64,000 nucleotides of DNA, taken from an uncultured Actinomycetes bacterium (GTDB taxonomy: Bacteria > Actinomycetota > JAICYB01). Shown here piece by piece: positions 57,874 to 64,000 of this stretch. The notes below the pieces were generated by a model. The model made no database searches. It had not been told where the DNA came from and was given only the letters and a program-made list of their open reading frames with translations. A program made the translations under genes and the position numbers. The stretch lies in contig CAVXYW010000002.1 of the NCBI GenBank assembly GCA_963766295.1, positions 123,929-187,928 on the forward strand, given 5' to 3'. Each line of letters opens with the position of its first letter. Position 1 is the first letter of the stretch.

Positions 57874-58565
57874 GACTTGACGAGCCGGGGGCGCCGCGGC
57901 GGAAGGTCCACGTTCGGCGCGAGCGCCTTGTACAGCAACTGCTTGGCTCCCTCGACGAGCCGCTCCAGATTGTCCGGTTCGGAGTAACAGAGACACGCGG
58001 CGATGTTGTCGCGGATCGCGGCGGTCATCAGTCGAGCGGTCATCTCCGGATCCTCGGTGTGGACGAGTCCGTACTCGGCTCCCGTGTTGAAGGCGCTCGT
58101 TATCAGCGCGAGGTAGTCACGCTCGAGTTCCAGGGCCTCGCGAACGAGATCTGGACTCGGGCTTTGTCGCACGACGACCTCGACGGCGTCGCGATGTTGG
58201 GTGTGGTAGTCGACGACGGCGTGGAAGATGTCGTCGATGATGTCGCGATAGTCGACGGGCTTACCCGCCTCGAGCTGTTCGATCGCGTCCGCGACGATCG
58301 TTGCGACGGCATCGGTGAGTCCGGCCATGAAGTCGCGCTTGAGCGCGAGCAACAGGTGCTCCTTGGACTGGAAGTAGAGATAGATCGTGCCCTTGGCCAC
58401 GCCGGCCGATTGGGCGACCTCGTCCATCGTCGTTTCGTGGAAGCCCTTGGAGCTGAACAGGTTCAGGGCGGCTTCCATGATCTCGGCACGGCGTTGCTCG
58501 CTGGGCTTGACCACCCGGCGCTTCAATACGGACGAAACGGCGTCCCGTACCGACTCCACTTGCAC
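57870..58565 (-). CDS. TetR/AcrR family transcriptional regulator
   Basis: GFHETTMDEVAQSAGVAKGTIYLYFQSKE. Confidence 0.93.
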   Translation of the reverse strand: MQVESVRDAVSSVLKRRVVKPSEQRRAEIMEAALNLFSSKGFHETTMDEVAQSAGVAKGTIYLYFQSKEHLLLALKRDFMAGLTDAVATIVADAIEQLEAGKPVDYRDIIDDIFHAVVDYHTQHRDAVEVVVRQSPSPDLVREALELERDYLALITSAFNTGAEYGLVHTEDPEMTARLMTAAIRDNIAACLCYSEPDNLERLVEGAKQLLYKALAPNVDLPPRRPRLVKS

Positions 58566-58580
58566 CCCTAAAGGAAGTGA

Positions 58581-58595
58581 ACTGACCTGAAGTCA
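58581..58595. promoter_or_regulatory. Degenerate third operator just upstream of tetR
   Basis: ACTGACCtgaAGTCA shares the core of the 58719-58737 palindrome. Confidence 0.55.
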
Positions 58596-58689
58596 GATCG
58601 TAGCACCCCGTTCTCGAATGCACAAGGACGGGTAAACGCCCTGTTCAGAGAGCTTTGGTGAGATTGTGGCTGGAGTGACGATAACCCCC

Positions 58690-58737
58690 TTGACAATGAC
58701 TGTCGGTCGGTCATACTAATGACTGACCGTTAGTCAT
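58690..58737 (+). promoter_or_regulatory. Sigma70 promoter (TTGACA-N16-CATACT) overlapped by two 19-bp operator palindromes
   Basis: ATGACTGTCGGTCGGTCAT (58696-58714) and ATGACTGACCGTTAGTCAT (58719-58737). Confidence 0.78.
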
Positions 58738-58757
58738 CGGACCGAGAGGAGGCCGAG

Positions 58758-59174
58758 ATGACCACACGGGCAAGCAGGAATGGGTTGCACGTCCCCGCAT
58801 CACGGGTTGGACGGGTACTCCCCAAACAGCTGGTGGTGGAGCCGGCCACGCTGGACATAGGTGGCCCGATCAAAGAACGCATGGCTCCCGACAAGACGCT
58901 TCGCTACAGCGCGGAGTGGTCGCAAGGCCGGGCCCGAGGCCAGGCCCGCATCGAGATCCGACCGACATCCAAAGTCAGCACAGACATCGTCGTTGAGCTA
59001 TCGCACGCGAGCGGCGCGTGGGCGCTGGCCTGGGGCAAGCCCCGGCGCCACCGCTTGGCCGCGCTTTTCGCCAACGCTCTCGCGTATCACGTCGAGACGC
59101 GCGATGGCGAAGAGGCGCACGCGTTCGACGTCAGAAGGACAACGCCGGAGCTCGTGAGAGCTCGCAGCGCTTAG
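58758..59174 (+). CDS. Hypothetical protein (138 aa)
   Basis: GAGGAGG RBS, upstream promoter, downstream terminator. No family recognised. Confidence 0.75.
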   Translation: MTTRASRNGLHVPASRVGRVLPKQLVVEPATLDIGGPIKERMAPDKTLRYSAEWSQGRARGQARIEIRPTSKVSTDIVVELSHASGAWALAWGKPRRHRLAALFANALAYHVETRDGEEAHAFDVRRTTPELVRARSA

Positions 59175-59193
59175 ATCCCCCTCCCCGCAACGA

Positions 59194-59229
59194 AAGAAGA
59201 GGCGCCTCCCCGGCGCCTCTTCTTCTTTT
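59194..59229. terminator. Intrinsic terminator, probably bidirectional
   Basis: 13-bp stem AAGAAGAGGCGCC / GGCGCCTCTTCTT, 5-nt loop, T-rich tail, between convergent genes. Confidence 0.8.
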
Positions 59230-59230
59230 C

Positions 59231-60526
59231 CTAGAGGTTTCCGACCTCGGCCTCGAAGTGTTTTTCCGCCCAGCGGAGCGCTTCCTCCCGCTTGGTCGGG
59301 ATGTGCTGGCTCGGCCACAGGCCATCGTGCGGGGTGTAGTCCTTGAGGACTTCCTTGGCCACCGTCACCTTGTGGACTTCGGTCGGGCCATCGGCGATAC
59401 CCATCGTTGGGGCGCCCATCCACATCTGCGAGAACGGCATCTCATTGGACACACCAAGGGCACCGTGCATATGCATCGCCGCGTGGACGGTGTCTATGAG
59501 GACCTTCGGTAGCCGCGCTTTGACCGCAGCGATGTCCTTGCGGACCTTCATGTAGTCCTTGTACTTGTCGATCTTCCAAGCGCTTTGCAGGACGAGGAGA
59601 CGGAACATCTGGACGTCCGTCCACACATCGGCGATCTGCTCCTGCACGATCTGCTTGTTGGCAAGCAGCTCACCCTTGGTCTCGCGTGAGAGCACCCGCT
59701 CGCACATCATGTCGAGGCATCTGCGGAGCGTGGCGATCGAGCGCATGGCGTGGTGGATGCGTCCTCCGGACAGGCGCGTCTGCGCCGCGGCGAACGCCTT
59801 GCCTTCCTGGCCCAGCAGATTCTCTGCAGGGATGCGGACGTCCTCGTAACGGATGTAAGCGTGGTGTCCGCTTCCGAGTTTTTCGGTGCCGGTGCCGACG
59901 TTGCGCACCAGGTTCACGCCCGGCGTGTTGCGCGGCACGATGTACATCGAGGTGCCGTCGTAGGGGCTGACGTCGGGGTTCGACACCGCCATCACGAGAA
60001 GGATGTCTGCGCGGTCGCCGGCCGATGTGAACCACTTTTCACCGTTTAGGACCCATTCGTCGCCGACCCTCTCTGCGCGCGTCTTGAACATCGTGGGGTC
60101 GGCTCCTGCGTGCGGCTCGGTCATGGAGTACGCCGAGTAGATCTCGCCGGCGAGCAGCGGCTTGAGAAACTTTTCCTTTTGATCGTCGGTGCCGTAGTGA
60201 GCGATCGTCTCCGCGTTGCCGGAGTCTGGTGCCTGTGCGCCGAACATGCGCGGCGCCAGACCGGACCGGCCGAGGATCTCGTTCATCAGGCCGAGCTTCA
60301 CCTGGCCGTAACCCTTGCCGCCGAGGTCTGGACCGAGGTGGCACGCCCACAGATCGTTGTCCTTGACCTTCTGCCTGTATTTATCGATCTGCGGACGGAT
60401 CTTGTCCCGCGGGATGCCGCCGGCCCACATCGCGGTCTCGAACGGTTCGATCTCCTCGGTTACGAAGGTCTCGATCCAATCGAGCTTCTCCTGGAATTCG
60501 GGATCGGTTTCGAAGTCCCACGCCAT
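59231..60526 (-). CDS. Acyl-CoA dehydrogenase
   Basis: QAPDSGN, SMTEP, GEKWF, AQTRLSGGRIHH, HGALG, IADGPTEVH. Confidence 0.94.
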   Translation of the reverse strand: MAWDFETDPEFQEKLDWIETFVTEEIEPFETAMWAGGIPRDKIRPQIDKYRQKVKDNDLWACHLGPDLGGKGYGQVKLGLMNEILGRSGLAPRMFGAQAPDSGNAETIAHYGTDDQKEKFLKPLLAGEIYSAYSMTEPHAGADPTMFKTRAERVGDEWVLNGEKWFTSAGDRADILLVMAVSNPDVSPYDGTSMYIVPRNTPGVNLVRNVGTGTEKLGSGHHAYIRYEDVRIPAENLLGQEGKAFAAAQTRLSGGRIHHAMRSIATLRRCLDMMCERVLSRETKGELLANKQIVQEQIADVWTDVQMFRLLVLQSAWKIDKYKDYMKVRKDIAAVKARLPKVLIDTVHAAMHMHGALGVSNEMPFSQMWMGAPTMGIADGPTEVHKVTVAKEVLKDYTPHDGLWPSQHIPTKREEALRWAEKHFEAEVGNL

Positions 60527-60596
60527 GGCTGCCTCCCTCGCTGTAAAGCCACCCGGATGCGCCTTCGGCGCCCCCTCAAGGAATCCGGCTCCTAGC

Positions 60597-61157
60597 TTAG
60601 GGGACCGGCCGGGTCTCACCGCGGCCGGTGATGTTCAAGAGTTCGTTTGGGCCGAGGTCGATCAGGTCTTCGAGGATCGATCCGAGCTGTGTGCCGTCGA
60701 TGGCGCCGATGAACTTGCCGACGAGCCGCCCTCGCTCGTCGAGGAACACGGTTTCCGGGACGCCGGTCACTCCATAGCGCTTCGCCGTTACTCCACGCGC
60801 GTCGCGGGCGCTGTCGTAGGGCACGTTGAACTCGTCCGCGAACTCCAGTGCGCTTTCGCGACCGTCGAGCATCGCGATGCCGAGAAAGGTGACCTGTTCG
60901 GAGTGCTCGCGTGCGGTGCTCGCAAGCACTCCGGCTTCGGCGCGGCAAGGTTCGCACCACGAGGCCCAGAAGTTGATGACGGCCGGTTTGCCTTTAAGGC
61001 CCGCCTTGTCGATCCGTTCGTCCGGTTCGTCCAGAGCGGGAAGCGAGAACGCGGGGGCGGCCCGACCGAGCTCTGCTTGCGGACGAGCTCGGAACAACCC
61101 CACACCGACCACTACGAAGAGCAGGACAACCGGTATGAGCCACAGCAACCGCCGCAT
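60597..61157 (-). CDS. TlpA/ResA/CcmG-like thiol-disulfide reductase
   Basis: N-terminal TM, NFWASWCEPC, GVPET. Confidence 0.9.
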   Translation of the reverse strand: MRRLLWLIPVVLLFVVVGVGLFRARPQAELGRAAPAFSLPALDEPDERIDKAGLKGKPAVINFWASWCEPCRAEAGVLASTAREHSEQVTFLGIAMLDGRESALEFADEFNVPYDSARDARGVTAKRYGVTGVPETVFLDERGRLVGKFIGAIDGTQLGSILEDLIDLGPNELLNITGRGETRPVP

Positions 61158-61169
61158 GAAGCGCCGCCG

Positions 61170-62300
61170 CTAGACGCTTTCCGGGGCCTTGCCCCGGCGC
61201 AGACGAGCTGGCGACGCGACGTAATGATCGAGCCAGGGATGCACATCGGCCGCGCGGAGAAGCGGATCGCGACGGCGTATCCCGACGGTGGCGATCGCAG
61301 CGAGAGCCAGACCGATCATCATCAATCCCCACCATTCCTCGTCCCGCGGATCCCATTTGCCTGTGGGAACGGGGACAAGGCCGAGGGCTTCCGGTCTCGG
61401 AGGGGCGGCAAGCGTCGGGCCGGAGCTCCCGCCGCCGGCTGCCGTACCGAGCTGGATGGATCGGCCGCGCTCGAGCAGCGATCGGGAGTCTGCGTAGTGG
61501 TCTTGAGACTTCATGACAACGGACAGGAACGTGCCGGCCGGCGTCCTCCATGCAGTTATCAAGCAGTGCCCGGCCTGGTTTGTGAATCCGGTCTTCACGC
61601 CGATCGCTTCAGCCTGCTCGTCGATGAGTTTGTTGTGGTTGTCCAAAGTTAGTTTCTTGCCGTCCTTCCAGCCGATGTCGTGGTGGTTGGTATCGACGAT
61701 CTTCGCCAGGACCGGATCCGCCAGAAGGTTCCGCGAAAAGATCGCCATATCCCATGCGGACGAGACATGTCCGATGTTGTCGAGCCCGTGCGGGTTGTGG
61801 AAGTTCGAATCGAAAGCGCCGAGGGCGCGAGCCTTCTCGTTCATCAGCCGCACGAAGTGGTCGTAGCCTCCCGGGTGGTGATCGGCCAGCGCTGCAGCCG
61901 CGTCGTTGGCGGATTCCAATAGAAGTCCGTAGAGCAGATCGCTCACCGTCAGCTTCATGTCGGGAGCGAGCCCGAGATCGCTTCCGTACGGCTCCAAAAC
62001 GCGAACTGTTGTGGTGACGACTTCGTCCAATTCGTATTGATCACGGGCAACGAGAGCCGTCACGACCTTGGTGAGACTGGCCGGCGCAAGTGATGCATGC
62101 ACATCGCGCGAGAAAAGGACGCGGTCGTTGTCCGACAGCGACACGAGGATCGCCGCGCTAGCGGTGATCGGAGCCGGACCCGTAGCAGGTGCCGTCGGCG
62201 CTTGTGCGAGAGCGCTCGGACTGGTGAGGAGTATCGCGATCAGAACGGAACCGAAAACGCGGCGCACAGACTTTGCTCTCAGAGATTTGTGCTGGTGCAT
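61170..62300 (-). CDS. D-alanyl-D-alanine carboxypeptidase (S11)
   Basis: PASLTK (SxxK), SAN, NPHGLD, KTG, signal peptide, C-terminal TM. Start uncertain (62300 or 62267). Confidence 0.9.
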   Translation of the reverse strand: MHQHKSLRAKSVRRVFGSVLIAILLTSPSALAQAPTAPATGPAPITASAAILVSLSDNDRVLFSRDVHASLAPASLTKVVTALVARDQYELDEVVTTTVRVLEPYGSDLGLAPDMKLTVSDLLYGLLLESANDAAAALADHHPGGYDHFVRLMNEKARALGAFDSNFHNPHGLDNIGHVSSAWDMAIFSRNLLADPVLAKIVDTNHHDIGWKDGKKLTLDNHNKLIDEQAEAIGVKTGFTNQAGHCLITAWRTPAGTFLSVVMKSQDHYADSRSLLERGRSIQLGTAAGGGSSGPTLAAPPRPEALGLVPVPTGKWDPRDEEWWGLMMIGLALAAIATVGIRRRDPLLRAADVHPWLDHYVASPARLRRGKAPESV

Positions 62301-62319
62301 GTGGCCGCTGCCGAGCTGC

Positions 62320-62868
62320 CTAAGCTCCGAGCGACGCCGTCTTCTGCGCGAGACCTTCAGCGAAGAGTTCGACGAGCTCGCGGATCTCCGCGGCAACGCG
62401 ACGATAGGCAGCTTCTCGTTCACCGATGGGGTCATCGATGTCCGGCGATGCGACGCTATCGGCAACCTCCCGCGTCGCTGCCGCTGCCCGGAGCCACGAC
62501 TCAGTGTCGACGTAGGGCGGCAGCAAGGGAAGCATTTCGAGGAAGCCCTTCATCGTGAAGGTTCGGTCAGCGACAGCGGGGAAGGCCCGGACCGTGTCAC
62601 GGGCGTGCTCGCGCGACATACCGATGATCAAATCGGCCCAGTCGACCAGGGCTTCGTCCAGCTCCAGAGTTCTGTGGTCGTCGATCGAGACGCCGTAGTC
62701 GTTCATCACGCGCCGTCCTTCGATGGTGGCGGCGCGCCCCGTCCAGGCGTGTGTCCCCGTAGATCGCACGTCGATGTTCAGGCCGAGTCGCGCCGCGTCC
62801 GACCGCAAGAAACCCTCGGCAATCGGACTGCGGCACACGTTTCCGGTACACACGAACAGAATGTTCAC
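62320..62868 (-). CDS. Low molecular weight protein-tyrosine phosphatase family
   Basis: VCTGNVCRS, DIDDP. Confidence 0.9.
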   Translation of the reverse strand: MNILFVCTGNVCRSPIAEGFLRSDAARLGLNIDVRSTGTHAWTGRAATIEGRRVMNDYGVSIDDHRTLELDEALVDWADLIIGMSREHARDTVRAFPAVADRTFTMKGFLEMLPLLPPYVDTESWLRAAAATREVADSVASPDIDDPIGEREAAYRRVAAEIRELVELFAEGLAQKTASLGA

Positions 62869-62925
62869 CTGCGGGGGCCCCTTGCTTTGGGAGAGCAGTC
62901 TAGCATCGGGTTTATGCGCGGATCG

Positions 62926-64000
62926 ATGAAACTCGAACAACTCGCACAGATCGCCGAGGTGCCCCTCGACGAGCTCGAGAGCTACCGCGCGGCCAAGCTC
63001 CTAGACCCCGACGGCGACGGAGAGCTGGACGAGCTGGACGTCCTTCGCTTGCGAATCCTCATGCACTACCGGAGCCTCGGTCACTCGCTGAAGGATCTGC
63101 AGAAAGCGATCAAAGCGTCGGCTCCGCTCATCTTGTACGCCGACCTGTTGTGGGGCATGTCGGAACAAGACATGGTCACGGCGGAGGAGGCAGCCAAACA
63201 GACCGGGCTCGAACTAGAAACGGTCGAGACGATCCTTACCGCTACCGGTCTCGGTACAACCATCCCTGCCGAAGATGTGAAGTTCCTCGAGGCCGTGACC
63301 GGCCTCGTCGAGGGCGGCATCCCGCTCAAGATGGTCCTCGATGTCGCGCGGGTGTACGGCGACACCCTCCGCCGGCTCGCACAGACCGAAGTGAAGATGA
63401 TCCGCGATTACGTCACCGACACGGGCCGCTCATCCCTATTGAAGGATCGCGAGCAATCGCAGCGACTCGACGCGGTACAGCAACTGATCGGACCTATCCT
63501 CGAGCCCCTGCTTTTGACGATCCACCGCCGCCACCTGCTCCGCGCATCGGTCCAGGAGTCCATCGCCGATCTGGAAGCCGCCGAACGCGGCACGGAGCGC
63601 GACGACCTCGAAGCGACCATCACTTTCGTCGACCTCGCTTCGTTCACAGCTCTTGCACAGATCCACGGAGACGAAGTGGCGGCCAACATCCTGGACACAT
63701 TCAACGAGCTCGTTCGCGGGCTGCTGGACGAGCACAAGGGAACGATGGTCAAGCAAATAGGCGACGCGTTCATGCTCGTTTTTTCCGAACCTTCCCTCGC
63801 GGTGCGCTTCGCCGTCGACCTCGACCGAGCGGCCGCACGGGAGCCGAACTTTCCGGCCATCAGGACGGGGATCCACTGCGGTCCGGTTCTATATCGAGTG
63901 GGCGACTATGTCGGCAACACCGTGAACTTGGCGGCCCGCATCGCGGCGATCGCTTCGGCGAACGAGATCCTTCTCACCGAGCCGGTGGCACATGCGGCGG
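62926..64000 (+). CDS. Class III adenylate/guanylate cyclase with N-terminal MerR-like HTH regulatory region (runs off the window)
   Basis: Not in ORF track. Manual translation from ATG 62926: MKLEQLAQIAEV...TFVDLASFT...VKQIGDAFM...RTGIHCG...DYVGNTVNLAARI. Confidence 0.88.
   Translation, partial: MKLEQLAQIAEVPLDELESYRAAKLLDPDGDGELDELDVLRLRILMHYRSLGHSLKDLQKAIKASAPLILYADLLWGMSEQDMVTAEEAAKQTGLELETVETILTATGLGTTIPAEDVKFLEAVTGLVEGGIPLKMVLDVARVYGDTLRRLAQTEVKMIRDYVTDTGRSSLLKDREQSQRLDAVQQLIGPILEPLLLTIHRRHLLRASVQESIADLEAAERGTERDDLEATITFVDLASFTALAQIHGDEVAANILDTFNELVRGLLDEHKGTMVKQIGDAFMLVFSEPSLAVRFAVDLDRAAAREPNFPAIRTGIHCGPVLYRVGDYVGNTVNLAARIAAIASANEILLTEPVAHAA

Noticed and set aside
1-64000. Mobile elements, prophage, defence systems, rRNA/tRNA
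   Set aside because: No transposase, integrase, phage or defence motifs and no RNA gene signatures recognised; intergenic gaps are mostly too short.

Overview
High-GC, gene-dense 64 kb window, most consistent with an Actinomycetota genome. Supporting markers are LigC, a stand-alone LigD-type Prim-Pol, an actinobacterial Fpg/Nei, a class E sortase, a SigR/SigH-like ECF sigma factor with a ZAS anti-sigma, an Rv1900c-like cyclase and a LAL regulator. I call about 59 CDSs, mostly lipid/acyl-CoA metabolism, redox and detoxification, DNA repair, proteolysis, metal transport and signalling. I see no rRNA, tRNA, CRISPR array, transposase, integrase or phage genes. Two edge-truncated genes are missing from the ORF track: a GT4 glycosyltransferase (left edge) and a MerR-HTH adenylate cyclase (right edge). 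Two genes carry apparent +1 frameshifts and two seem to need non-canonical start codons; these could be consensus errors. Nothing is an unambiguous new system. The best candidates, all hypotheses, are: (i) a tightly coupled six-gene run, P450-VOC-Fpg/Nei-AlkA-ABC1 kinase-VOC; (ii) a class E sortase with an unusual C-terminal xxPTG plus membrane tail, echoed by a PVPTG tail on a D,D-carboxypeptidase; (iii) a LAL regulator with a variant lactonase and a flavin oxidoreductase, plus a candidate operator; (iv) a TetR with three visible operator sites controlling an unknown 138-aa protein. All family calls come from motif recognition by eye; no database searches were run.
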